Shown here one piece after another: positions 39,183-50,000 of a stretch of 64,000 nt of DNA (position 1 is its first letter; each line of letters begins with the position of its first letter). The notes below the pieces were generated by a model, which had not been told where the DNA came from, did not search any database, and was given only the letters and a program-made list of their open reading frames with translations. Origin of the DNA: an uncultured bacterium (GTDB lineage Bacteria; Krumholzibacteriota; Krumholzibacteriia; Krumholzibacteriales; Krumholzibacteriaceae); contig CAWFAD010000008.1 in assembly GCA_963813815.1 (NCBI GenBank), positions 96,001 through 160,000 on the forward strand, read 5' to 3'. Position numbers and translations under genes: made by a program.

Positions 39183-40373
39183 CTAGCGCATCGCCTTCTC
39201 GACGACGCGCAGCAGGTTGCCGCCGAGTATCTTCTTGATGTCCCGCTCGGAGTACCCGCGGGCGGCGAGCTCCGCCGTGATCGCGGGCAGCTTCGACGCG
39301 TCCTCGAGCCCGACCGGGGTCGTCGAGATGCCGTCGAAATCCGATCCGAGCCCCACGTGATCGACGCCCGCGACCGCCACCGCGTGATCGATGTGATCGA
39401 CGAGACGCGAAAGGGGTATCGGCGGTATCGCGGCGGTCTCCCTCTCGAGCTCGGGGTGCATCGACCGCCACGCGCGCTCGTAGTCTCCGTCGAACTGCGG
39501 CGCGAGCTCGCGCGCGCGCTCCCGGTACTTCTTCCAGAGAACGCTGACGCGGTCGTTGTACTCCTTGTCGAGAAAACCGGAGAAGAAATTGACGCAGACG
39601 ACCCCTCCCTCCGCGGCGACGGCACGGAGCAGATCGTCGCTCACGTTGCGGGGGATGTCGCAGAGGGCGCGCATGCACGAGTGCGATACGATCACGGGGC
39701 GCTTCGTGATCGCGAGAACGTCCCGCACGGCCTCCTCCGAGGCGTGCGCGCAATCGACGATCATACCGAGCCGATCCATCTCCCGGACGATCTCGCGGCC
39801 GCGATCGTTCAGGCCGTGCCACGCCGCCGTGTCGTCGGAAGAGTCGGCGAACTTGTTCGTGTTCATCCAGGTCAGCGTCAGGCACCGCACGCCGCGCTCG
39901 TAGAATTCCCGTATCGAGGCGGGATCGTCGCCGACCACGTGTCCGCCCTCGATGCCGATGATCGCGGCGAGCTTTCCGCGCCGCGCGATGCGCTTCACGT
40001 CCCGCCCGTCGAGGGCGATCTCCATGCGGTCGCCGTGGCGGCGGGCCTGCTCCCGCATCGCGTCGATCATCGCGATCGCGCGGCGCGCGTACAGGCTCTC
40101 GGGCAGCTGCGGGGGCACCCAAACGGCGAATATCTGGGCGTCGAGCCCGCCCTCGAGCGCGCGCGGCAGATCGATGTGCCCGTCGGAAAGGCGCTCCCCG
40201 AGATCGACCGCCTCCTCGCCGATGAGCCGCATCGCCGTATCGCAGTGCGCGTCGAACACGATCGCTTCGCGGTGAATCTCCGTCACGCGCTCCATGCCGC
40301 CTCCCCCGGCCGCAGCCGCCGCCGGGACCATCGTCGAAGCGACAAGCATCGCGATCATTGCCAGGGTTCTCAT
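39183..40373 (-). CDS. Membrane dipeptidase (M19)
   Basis: DAHCD, GIEGGH, TLTW, VSHS, RNVSDD, GLGSDFDG. Signal peptide. Confidence 0.92.
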   Translation of the reverse strand: MRTLAMIAMLVASTMVPAAAAAGGGGMERVTEIHREAIVFDAHCDTAMRLIGEEAVDLGERLSDGHIDLPRALEGGLDAQIFAVWVPPQLPESLYARRAIAMIDAMREQARRHGDRMEIALDGRDVKRIARRGKLAAIIGIEGGHVVGDDPASIREFYERGVRCLTLTWMNTNKFADSSDDTAAWHGLNDRGREIVREMDRLGMIVDCAHASEEAVRDVLAITKRPVIVSHSCMRALCDIPRNVSDDLLRAVAAEGGVVCVNFFSGFLDKEYNDRVSVLWKKYRERARELAPQFDGDYERAWRSMHPELERETAAIPPIPLSRLVDHIDHAVAVAGVDHVGLGSDFDGISTTPVGLEDASKLPAITAELAARGYSERDIKKILGGNLLRVVEKAMR

Positions 40374-40378
40374 ACCGC

Positions 40379-40603
40379 TCAAACCGGTTCGACCTTCTTG
40401 ATTTCGGGAATCTTTTCTTTCAGGACGCGCTCGATTCCGAAGGCGAGCGTCATCTGCGACATCGGACATCCCGCGCACGCGCCCTTGAGCCGAAGCTTCA
40501 CGACGCCGTTCGCCGCGTCGACATCCACGAGCTCGACGTCCCCGCCGTCCGCCTGAAGGCTCGGCCGGATCTGATTCAGTATCTCCTCGACTTTTTCACG
40601 CAT
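40379..40603 (-). CDS. NifU-C/Nfu-type Fe-S carrier protein
   Basis: IRPSLQADGGDVELV...L.GACAGCPMS.MTL..GIE. GGAGG RBS. Confidence 0.93.
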   Translation of the reverse strand: MREKVEEILNQIRPSLQADGGDVELVDVDAANGVVKLRLKGACAGCPMSQMTLAFGIERVLKEKIPEIKKVEPV

Positions 40604-40733
40604 CAATTGCACCTCCGCAGGGGAACCGGGAAAAGATAACAGGTTCCTCCCGCCCTGCCAAGCGCGCATTTCGCCGCCGCGCGGGCGCCGCGGCCCGATG
40701 CTCCGGACTGCGGCGCTCGCGATTCTCTCTGGA

Positions 40734-42215
40734 TTACGGACGCTCGATCCACGAGTCGAGCGAGCTCTCGAGATCGTACTCGCGGACGAGCGCACGCACG
40801 CCTTCCTCGTCGAGCGGCTCGACGACGCGGCGCTCGGGCCACGCGAGCTCCATGACGAGGATCGAAACGAACGCCGCCGAGCCGGACACGGGGCCGAGCG
40901 CGGCCTTGTCGTACGTATCGGCGACGGTGTGGTAGTAGCGTCCGCTCTCCCCTTCGAGACGCGACATCGGCACGACGACCGGCACGCCCGCGAGCAGGAA
41001 TGCCTGCTGATCGCCGTGGATGCCGGGGCGCACGGACACGCCCGAGGGGAGATCGAACGAGGGGAGCGCCCTCGCGAGCTGCTCGAACCACGGGCGCGCT
41101 TCCTCGTGCCCCATGACGCGGATGCCGCTGGGCGTCCCCGTCATGTCGCAGTTCGTCATCGAGCGGCAGCGGCCGAGCTCGACCCGGTGCGATTCGACGT
41201 AGGCGGCCGATCCATAGAGCCCCGACTCCTCCCCCGTGAAGAGAACGACGCGGATCGTCGCGGCGGGCGCGAGTTTCGAAGCGGCGATGGCGCGGGCGGC
41301 CTCGAGAGCGATCGCGGTTCCCAGCGCGTTGTCCACGGCCCCCGGCGAAAGGTCCCACGAATCGAGGTGCGCGCCGAGCACGACGAACTCGTCGCTCGTT
41401 CCCGCGATCTCCCCCACCACGTTGGCGCACGTCGCTTTCCGGTTGTCGTTCGCCATGGCCACGCGGACGACGACTTCCTCCCCCCGCGCGAGCCGCCGGC
41501 GCATCCATTCTCCGTCTTCCTTCGAGAGGCCGATCCCGGGCACCGGGCTCGGTCCGCCGTGCCAGCAGGTGCCCGTCACGGGAAGCTGCCCGGCCTCGGT
41601 CGTCTGAAAGAGCATCCCCGCGGCCCCGCGCTTCCACACGTCCCGCATGATCTCGGAGCGATGGCGCCATCTGCCGCCGGGCATGACGTCGTCGATGACG
41701 AGCGCCCATTTTCCCTCGAGAGCGTCGCCCAGACGATCGAGCTCGACGGGATCGCCGTGGGCGGCGTCGATCACCGCGGCCTCGATCCCCTCCGGCGGCG
41801 TCGAAGGCGTGTTGCCGAGGGCGAGCGCGTGGAGGGCGAATCGCCGCGGGGCGACGACCTCCCCGGCGAACGCTCCGCGGAACCACCCGGGAAACTCGTA
41901 CTCCTCCTCGTGGACGTTCGAAAGCCCGTAGCGGCGCATGAGATCCATGGCGAAGGCGCGCGCTCGCCCCGCGCCCTCGCTTCCCGAGAGGCGGGGGCCG
42001 ATGTCATCGCAGAGGGCGCGCAGCGTCTCCCGCGCCTCGCACGCGGAGGCCACCTCGCCGGCGAGACGCGCGACGCGGACCTTCCGGTCGCCGGCGTCGC
42101 GAGCTCCTCCGGAACGCGGCGCGCCGGCCGCGGCCGCGGAAGCGGCGAGCGAGAGAGAAAGGGCGCACGCGGCGATCCTCAAGGGCAGCGGATGCATCGT
42201 CGACGGATGTTTCAT
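40734..42215 (-). CDS. M28 metallopeptidase (carboxypeptidase Q-like, PA domain)
   Basis: IGPRLSGS, GAHLDSWD, GAVDN, FTGEESGL, YYHT..DT. Signal peptide. Confidence 0.9.
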   Translation of the reverse strand: MKHPSTMHPLPLRIAACALSLSLAASAAAAGAPRSGGARDAGDRKVRVARLAGEVASACEARETLRALCDDIGPRLSGSEGAGRARAFAMDLMRRYGLSNVHEEEYEFPGWFRGAFAGEVVAPRRFALHALALGNTPSTPPEGIEAAVIDAAHGDPVELDRLGDALEGKWALVIDDVMPGGRWRHRSEIMRDVWKRGAAGMLFQTTEAGQLPVTGTCWHGGPSPVPGIGLSKEDGEWMRRRLARGEEVVVRVAMANDNRKATCANVVGEIAGTSDEFVVLGAHLDSWDLSPGAVDNALGTAIALEAARAIAASKLAPAATIRVVLFTGEESGLYGSAAYVESHRVELGRCRSMTNCDMTGTPSGIRVMGHEEARPWFEQLARALPSFDLPSGVSVRPGIHGDQQAFLLAGVPVVVPMSRLEGESGRYYHTVADTYDKAALGPVSGSAAFVSILVMELAWPERRVVEPLDEEGVRALVREYDLESSLDSWIERP

Positions 42216-42398
42216 GCGTATATCCTCCGGTTCGGGGCGGTTTCCGCGTCACGAGACGGAGATGCATTGTAGCCGAAACCTTCCCCGTCCGCAATGCGCG
42301 GCGGGCGCGAGATTCCTCAATTGTTTCACGCGCCGAAATGAGGTATAATAGAATTATTATTTGTTATCGGACGGCCCTGTCGAAGGAGATTGCATCGC

Positions 42399-45300
42399 AT
42401 GAGACCATCGATTTTCACGAGGATCGCGGCCATCGCGTTCATCCTGTCGGGGGTCGCTCTCGCCTCCGCCCCGCTCCTCGCCGAGGAGAGCGCGGAGCAG
42501 CGCATCGAGCGCATCAACAAGGAGAACGCCGAGAAGGGGTACCACTGGACGGCGGGCATCACTTCGATGTCGCGGCTCACCCCCGAGGAGAAAAGGCTTC
42601 GTCTCGGATTCATCCCTCCGACCGAGGATCTCATTTCGACGACCTCGACGATCACCGAGCCGGCCGCCGTCCTCTTCGACGCGGTCTTCGACTGGAGGCC
42701 TCTCGGCGGGGTCACCGCCGTGAAGGACCAGGGATCGTGCGGCTCGTGCTGGGCCTTCGCCGGCATCGGGCAGGTCGAGTCCCACATGCGGATTTTCGAC
42801 CAACGGATCGAGGATCTCTCGGAGCAGGCGATCATCGACTGCAATCCCTACGATCAGAGCTGCGACGGCGGCAACGCGATCGGCGTGTACGTGACGGTGA
42901 GGGACTCCGGGGCCGTTCTCGAGACCTGCGTTCCGTACCAGGCGCGCGACGACCTGCCGTGCACGGAAAGCCTGTGCGAGGTCATGGCGCGCATCGCCAC
43001 GTACTCGTCCGTTTCGAACAACATCAATGCGATCAAGACGGCGCTCGCGACGGGGCCGGTCTACACGAGCATGACCGTCATCGACAACTTTTTCGATTAC
43101 TCGGGCGGTTGCTACAACTCGACGACGACCGAGTCGACGAACCACGCGGTGCTCATCGTGGGCTGGGACGACACGGCGTGCTACGGCTCGGGCGCCTGGA
43201 TCTGCAAGAACAGCTGGGGCGAGGATTGGGGCGAGGACGGGTTCTTTCACATACAGTACGGCGTCTGCAACATCGGCTCGTGGAGCTATCAGATCAGCTA
43301 CATTCCGAGCGTCGTCTTCGTCAGAGTCGATTCGCCGGACGGCGGCGAGGTCTGGAACGTCGGCGAGCATCGTCTCATCACGTGGACGTTGGCGCGGCAG
43401 ACGCCCGACTCGATCAGCGTCTACCTTAGCCTCAACGGAGGCGACAGCTACGATTACACGATCGCGAGCGGCATGGAAAACGTCACCACGTACGACTGGA
43501 TCGTTCCCGAGCTTCCGGTGACGACGGCGCGGATCAAGGTCGTCGCGTACTACGGTGGAGAGATCGGCGGATGGGACGCGAGCGACACCGACTTCGAGAT
43601 CAAGGGCAAGCCGTATCGCTACGTGTCGACGACGGGCGGCAACGTCTATCCGTACAGCACCGCCGCATGGGCGGCCCGGGCGATACAGGACGCGGTCGAC
43701 GCGGCGGTTCCGGGCGATTCCATTCTCGTCGCGGCGGGGATCTACACCCGGCCCATCATGGTCGACAGGGCCGCGTACCTCTTCGGCGGCTGGAACGCCG
43801 ATTTCACCGCGCGCGATCCCGAGGCGTACCCGACCTGGATAAAATCCTCGGGGAGCAACGTGTCCTTCGTGGGCGTGGCCTCGGGCACGTGCGGCGTCGA
43901 GGGGTTCCGTCTCAAGGGCGGAGTCGGCACCTATGCCCTGCTGCCGACGGGCGCGGCCTACGGCGGCGCGATCTTCAGCTATCTCGCCTCTCCGGTGATT
44001 CGGTGGAACGTGATCGACTCGTGCGGAGTGGCGAGCGTGCTCAACTACAGCGCCGGGGGCGGCATCGCCTGCTACGGCGGCACGCCGGTCATCGAGGACA
44101 ACGTCATCACGAGGTGCATGGCCCAGAGCGGCGGGGGCATTTATCTCTACGAGACGAGCGCCGCGATCCGCCGCAACACGATCTCTGGGTGCGCGCCGAA
44201 CGTCGAGTTCAACGGCACGAAAAACGGCGGCGGCGTCCACGCGTACCACGCGACGATGACGCTCGAGGGGAACACGATCACCGATAACGACGGATACCGG
44301 AAGGGGGGCGGGATCTACGGATACTTGAGCCCCTGCGAGATGTCGGGCGACACGATCGCGCTGAACGACAGCAAGGACGCGGGCGGCGGCGTGTTCGCCG
44401 AGCGGTCGGCCCTCTCGATCTCGGGCGCCCTGATCCGCGCCAACACTTCGCTCTCGATGGGAGGCGGCGTCTACCACCGGGCCGGCGCCCTCAACGTCTC
44501 GAACTCGATCATCGCGCAGAACCGCTCCTCGATCATCGGGGGCGGCGTCTACGCCGACAGCTCCTACGGCTCGTTCTCGAACAACGTCGCCGACCGCAAC
44601 GCCGGGCTCTACGGCGGCGGCAACGTCTTCTTCGGCAATCTGCCCTCGATGGCGGTCGAGAACAACTGCGTCACGTACGGGTCGGTGAACGGCGTGCAGG
44701 TCATCTCGGCGGCGAACATCGCGTTCCGCTACAACGATTGCTTCGGCAACACGCCGGCCAACGTCGTGACGCTCGTTCCCGACGCGACGAACGCGAGCTT
44801 CGATCCCCTCTACGCCGACACCGCCGCGGGCGACTATCGCCTCCTCGTGCACTCGCCCGCCATCGACGCCGCCGATCCGGCCGATCTCGATCCGGACGGC
44901 TCGCGGGCGGATATCGGCGCCTTCGGCGGCCCAGGCGCCGTCATGGCGGCTCCCGAGTACGTCCGCAACCTCGCCGCCGCCCCGTACAACGCCTCGACCA
45001 TCAGGCTCACCTGGGACGCCGCCGCGGGCGGCGCGAGCTGGTACGCCGTTTACGGAAGCGACGCATCGGGCCTCGTCCCCTCGCTCGCCTCGTTCATCGC
45101 GAGCGTCCCGGCTCCGGCGACCACCTTCGACCACACGCCGGTCTCGGGCTGCCGCTACTATCGCGTCTCCGCGGTGAGCGCGGACGGATACGGCGGCGGC
45201 TACGCCGCCGAGGCGGGCGCCTGCGCGGCGGACGTCGATCTCATCGCGCCGACCGTGAGCGTGACGTATCCCAACGGCGGCGAGGTGCTCGAATCGGGCG

Positions 45301-45860
45301 ATACGATCGCGATCGACTGGGAGGCGAGCGACAACCGCTGGGTCGACTCTGTGAGCGTCTACTTCTCGCACGACGCCGGAGCCACTTTCGAGCTCGTCGC
45401 CGGCGGGCACGCTCCCGACCTGCCGTGCTCCTGGGTCGTTCCGCCGCTGCTCTCCGACTCGTGCCTCGTCCGGGTCGTCGCCTACGATCCGGGGCTCCTC
45501 GAAGGGACCGACTCGAGCGACTCGCTCTTCGCCATCCGCAACTACACCGGCGTCGACGGGGACGATCCCGAGACGCCGCGCTGGACGACCTCGCTCGAGC
45601 AGAACTTCCCGAACCCCTTCAACGGCACGACCACCATCGCCTATTCGGTCGGGGAGCGCTCGGATATCGAGCTCGGGATCTTCGATCCGGCCGGGCGGTC
45701 CGTCCGCGTCCTCGTCCGAGCGGCGCGCGAGCCGGGACGCTATCACGCGGTCTGGGACGGCAGGGACGACGCAGGCCGGGACGTCGCCTCGGGCGTCTAC
45801 TTCTGCCGCATCAAGACCGGAAGCTACAGCCAGACCCGAAAGGTCGTCTACGTGCGCTGA
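42399..45860 (+). CDS. Secreted C1A (papain-family) cysteine protease with beta-helix, FN3-like and C-terminal sorting domains
   Basis: DQGSCGSCWAF, NHAVLIVGW, KNSWG. GGGI repeats of a right-handed beta-helix. LEQNFPNPFN...WDGRD..GVYF..RKVVYVR. Confidence 0.9.
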   Translation: MRPSIFTRIAAIAFILSGVALASAPLLAEESAEQRIERINKENAEKGYHWTAGITSMSRLTPEEKRLRLGFIPPTEDLISTTSTITEPAAVLFDAVFDWRPLGGVTAVKDQGSCGSCWAFAGIGQVESHMRIFDQRIEDLSEQAIIDCNPYDQSCDGGNAIGVYVTVRDSGAVLETCVPYQARDDLPCTESLCEVMARIATYSSVSNNINAIKTALATGPVYTSMTVIDNFFDYSGGCYNSTTTESTNHAVLIVGWDDTACYGSGAWICKNSWGEDWGEDGFFHIQYGVCNIGSWSYQISYIPSVVFVRVDSPDGGEVWNVGEHRLITWTLARQTPDSISVYLSLNGGDSYDYTIASGMENVTTYDWIVPELPVTTARIKVVAYYGGEIGGWDASDTDFEIKGKPYRYVSTTGGNVYPYSTAAWAARAIQDAVDAAVPGDSILVAAGIYTRPIMVDRAAYLFGGWNADFTARDPEAYPTWIKSSGSNVSFVGVASGTCGVEGFRLKGGVGTYALLPTGAAYGGAIFSYLASPVIRWNVIDSCGVASVLNYSAGGGIACYGGTPVIEDNVITRCMAQSGGGIYLYETSAAIRRNTISGCAPNVEFNGTKNGGGVHAYHATMTLEGNTITDNDGYRKGGGIYGYLSPCEMSGDTIALNDSKDAGGGVFAERSALSISGALIRANTSLSMGGGVYHRAGALNVSNSIIAQNRSSIIGGGVYADSSYGSFSNNVADRNAGLYGGGNVFFGNLPSMAVENNCVTYGSVNGVQVISAANIAFRYNDCFGNTPANVVTLVPDATNASFDPLYADTAAGDYRLLVHSPAIDAADPADLDPDGSRADIGAFGGPGAVMAAPEYVRNLAAAPYNASTIRLTWDAAAGGASWYAVYGSDASGLVPSLASFIASVPAPATTFDHTPVSGCRYYRVSAVSADGYGGGYAAEAGACAADVDLIAPTVSVTYPNGGEVLESGDTIAIDWEASDNRWVDSVSVYFSHDAGATFELVAGGHAPDLPCSWVVPPLLSDSCLVRVVAYDPGLLEGTDSSDSLFAIRNYTGVDGDDPETPRWTTSLEQNFPNPFNGTTTIAYSVGERSDIELGIFDPAGRSVRVLVRAAREPGRYHAVWDGRDDAGRDVASGVYFCRIKTGSYSQTRKVVYVR

Positions 45861-45945
45861 GCGCCGCGGAGACCTCGGTCGATACACGGCGAGCGCCGCA
45901 GCCCGATACTCCGGACCGCGGCGCTCGCGGCAAGGATGACGCCGC

Positions 45946-47079
45946 GTGAAAAAGAGGATCGAGTACTGCAAACACAATCTCGGGGCCGAGGAGCTCGGCC
46001 GCATCGAACGCGTCTTCGGCTCCCTCTTTCTCACCACGGGAGACGAGGTCGCCGAGTTCGAGCGCGCTCTCGCCTCCTATCTCGGGCTCCCGAGCGCGAT
46101 CGCCGTGACGAGCTGCACGGCGGCCATGCATCTCGCCCTCCTCGCCGGGGGCGTCCGCGAGGGCGACGAGGTCGTGACGAGCCCCCTCACCTTCATCGGC
46201 ACGCCGAACAGCATCGTCATGGCCGGCGCGACGCCGGTCTTCGCCGACGTCGACCGCGCGACGGGGAACATCGACCCTCGGGCGATCGAGGCGGCGCTCA
46301 CCGGGCGCACGAGGGCCATCCTACCCGTGCATCTGTACGGCCAGATGGCCGACATGACCGCGATCTCGGAGATCGCGCGGCGGCGGGGCCTCGCCGTCGT
46401 CGAGGACGCCGCCCATTCGCTCGAAGCGGAGTGGAACGGCGGGAAGCCGGGAATGCTCGGCGATTACGCCTGCTTCAGCTTCTACGCCACGAAGAACATC
46501 TCATCGGGCGAGGGAGGAGCGATCTCGGCGAAGACGGAAGACGCGGCCGAGCTCCTGCGGAAGCTGCGCCTGCACGGGTTCGACAAGAGCGCCTCGGAAC
46601 GGTACACGAACCATTTCGAGCGGTACGACGTCGACATCCTCGGCTGGAAGTACAACATGGACAACATCCACGCGGCGATCCTCGTCGAGCAGATGAAAAA
46701 GGTGGAGGGGCTTCTCGCGCGACGGGGCGAGATCTACCGGCGGTACGCCGAGGGATTCAGCGGCGTCGATGGGATCGAGCTGCACGCCGTTCGGCCGGAG
46801 ACGCGCCACGCGTGCCATCTCTTTACCATTCTCGTCGACGCCTCGCGCCGCGAAGCCGTTCTCGAGGAGCTTCAGAACCGAGGGATCGGCGTCTCGGTGA
46901 ACTTTTACCCCGCCCACCTCATGACCTACTACCGCGAGCGGTTCGGCTGCCGGCCGGGCATGTACCCGGCGGCGGAGGAGATCGGCTCGCGGACCATCAG
47001 CCTTCCCCTCTATCCCAAGCTCGCCGAGGACGAGATCGATTTCGTCATCGACACGGTGATCGACGTCGTTCGGGGCTGA
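45946..47079 (+). CDS. DegT/DnrJ/EryC1/StrS PLP-dependent aminotransferase
   Basis: SCTAAMHLAL, PVHLYG, EDAAHS, SFYATKN, GEGG, SLPLYP. Confidence 0.93.
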   Translation: MKKRIEYCKHNLGAEELGRIERVFGSLFLTTGDEVAEFERALASYLGLPSAIAVTSCTAAMHLALLAGGVREGDEVVTSPLTFIGTPNSIVMAGATPVFADVDRATGNIDPRAIEAALTGRTRAILPVHLYGQMADMTAISEIARRRGLAVVEDAAHSLEAEWNGGKPGMLGDYACFSFYATKNISSGEGGAISAKTEDAAELLRKLRLHGFDKSASERYTNHFERYDVDILGWKYNMDNIHAAILVEQMKKVEGLLARRGEIYRRYAEGFSGVDGIELHAVRPETRHACHLFTILVDASRREAVLEELQNRGIGVSVNFYPAHLMTYYRERFGCRPGMYPAAEEIGSRTISLPLYPKLAEDEIDFVIDTVIDVVRG

Positions 47080-47087
47080 CGCGGGAC

Positions 47088-50000
47088 TCAGCGCACGCGC
47101 ACGCGATAGACGATGCTCCCGGAAGCGCCGCTCTCGAGCGGATAGGGCGCCTGGCGCGAGAGAAGGACGCTGAGCGTCCCTCCCGCGGCGTCGAACATCG
47201 CCTCGTCCGGGTCGAGGGGATCGGCCGTGAGGTACACGGGCACGCCGTCGCGCAGCCACTCCACGTCGAATCCCGGGCCGAAGGCGTCGAGCACGAGCTC
47301 GACCGCCGGCGGTAGGAGATCGATGATTTCGATCTCTTGCACCGCCTCGACGCCCGGGTTCGCGAACGTGATCGTGTACGTCAATACGTCCCCGGGCCGC
47401 GCCTCGGCGAGATCGACGGATTTGGCGAGGGAGAGTAGCCCGCTCGAGCTCGCGAGCACGAGCACCCGGTCCATGGCCGACGCCTCCGCCGTGATCGCCG
47501 TGCCGGCGAGCGTCTGGGAGAGCGTCACCGTGATCGCGCCGATCGTTCCGGCCGGAGCTTGCGGCGGAACGAACACGCGCATGACGATCGGAACGACGTC
47601 CTTCCCCGGAACGTCCGGATCGAGCGCCAGATCGGCCGCCGTGATGAGCGAATCGCCCGGACCGCACGCTCCGTCGCCGTCGTTGTCCCGATAGAAGGCC
47701 GCGACCCATCCCGGCGGCAGCGTCGCGGAGAGGGTCGCCTGTCCCGCCGTGCCCGCGACAACGAGATGCGGCGCGTCGACGAATCCGCCGGCGACGCAGG
47801 TGAGATCGTTCGACGGCGTGATCGCGGGGCCGCGGACGTCCGCGAAATCGACGCGCAGCGTCTCCCCCGCCGCGGCGGCCGCGATCATGACCGTATCGGG
47901 CGAGAGCGATATCATCCCCGCCGGCGTGAGCTCGACGAGCGTGCGCGGCGTTCCGGAGGCGGCCTCGAAGGAATACGACCCGTCGCCGCCGGTGAGCTGC
48001 GCGAGGGTTCCGTCCGGGCCGGCGAGCGTGACGGAAACGCCCGTCCATCCTTCCTCGCACGCGTCCCGCACGCCGTCGTGATCCCGGTCGTCGAACGCGA
48101 CGCCGGCCACGAAAGCGCCCGTGCCGATCTCGAGCGTGACGCTGTCCTCGAGGTCGCGCGAGAGCGCGATGCCGTCGATGATGATCGGCGTGCGGAGCGC
48201 GGCGAACGCCGGAATGTACACCTTGACGGTGAAGATCCGGACGTCTCCGGGAACGATGACGCCGACGTCGTACGGCGACGAGTGATCCCCCGAGCCGTCG
48301 GAAATGACGACCGATCCGGCCGGCCAGCCCGCCGGGGCGGACCAGGACACCCGGAACGAGTCGGGATATCCGCCGCGATTCCAGAGCTCGAGCGTCGCGG
48401 TCGCCATCGCGCCCGGATCGCCGAAGACGAGCGCCAGGCCGCCGTCGCCCGAGCCGGGCGGCGCCGACACGAAAGCGCCGTCACCCTCGATCACGAGATC
48501 GGCGCGCGGCGGCATGCTCACCTGAACGCGGGCGCATACGCTTTCGCCGTTCGTGGAATCGAGCGTCGACACGGCGTCGATGATATAGTCGTAGTCGCCG
48601 GCGAGGGCCGAGAGCGGCACGCTGACGGTGAAGGCGAGGAGCAGCGCGTCGCCCGGCGCCACGGAGGCCGTCGTGTAGGGCGAAGCCGAGCCTTCGAGCC
48701 TCGCCGTCATGCCCGGGACGGCGTTCCAGGAAACGCGGTAGCTCTCCGCTTCGGCGCCCTCGTTCTGGAGCTCCACGGTAAAGGCGATCGTCCTTCCGGC
48801 GACCGTGCTCTGGAGCGACGAGCCTCCCGCGCCGGTCCCCGGATCGCCGAATATCCCGTCTCCGTACCCGTCGATGAGCCCGTCGACGACGCGCGGCGGC
48901 GTCACGCGGACGCGGCCGAGCACGCTGTCGACGAAATAGCGCTTGTTCGTTTTGCATCCGTCGATGACGACGTCGAACGTGCCGCCCGCGCAATCGGCGG
49001 GAACCGACACGGTCATCGTGTAGGCGCCGGCGGGAACGCGGCGCATCGTGGAGGTCGAATCGCCGATGCGGACGTCCCACCCCGGCGGAGTGTTCCACCA
49101 GACGTCGAAGAGATTCTCGCCCGACTCGTTCTGGATCGTGACGGCGAAGGTGACGGTGCTTCCCGGAGTCGCCGTCTTGACCGACGAGCCGCCGAGGCCG
49201 GTGCCGGGCGAGGCGTACGCGTTGTCGCCGTTCCCGTCGATGAGAATATCGATCTCGTTCCCCGTCGCGACCGAAATCGACGCCTTGACGCTCTCGCGCA
49301 CCGTGCCCGACACCGAGGACAAGAAGTTGAATATCGAGGTAAACGTGTCGTAGGCCCCGTTCAGGGGAATCCCCACGGCGAGGACGCAGGGGCGCTCGCT
49401 CCGCGGCGCCATGGTCGGCGTCCTCCACGGAAGCGCGTACGTCGTTCCGTTGTCGATGATGGAGACCGTCCAGCCGCTTGCCGGCGGGACCCAGGACACG
49501 GTGAAGGAGTCGGCGACCCCGCCCTCGTTCTGGATAACGATCGGGAAATACACGGTCGTTCCGCGCGTGCCCGCGACGGAAACGCTCCCGCCGAGCCCCG
49601 CCCCGGTCGGATCGATGATGCCGTCCCCGCTCCCGCAGATGACGACGTCCACCTTCGGGGCGAGCACGCGCGTCACGGCCCTCACCGCGTCCTTCTTCAA
49701 GGTGTCGGTGAGGGAGGTCGCGCGGACGAGGCTCGTATAGTCGCCTCCGAGGAGCGACGCGGGCACGTACACGCGATAGGAATACGACTCCGAGCCGCCC
49801 GACGGAACGAGCCCCGAGCTGAAGGCGCCCGTCCGGACGATCGCTCCGTCGAGAACGTCAGCCGTGAGCGGCGAGGGCGTGGCCCAGTCGACCCGGAACG
49901 AATCGGCGTTCGCCCCTTCGTTATAGAGCGCGATCGTATAGGCCACCATGGCGTTCGGCGCCGTCTCGCGATACGATATCCCGCCTCCGCCCGAGGGATC

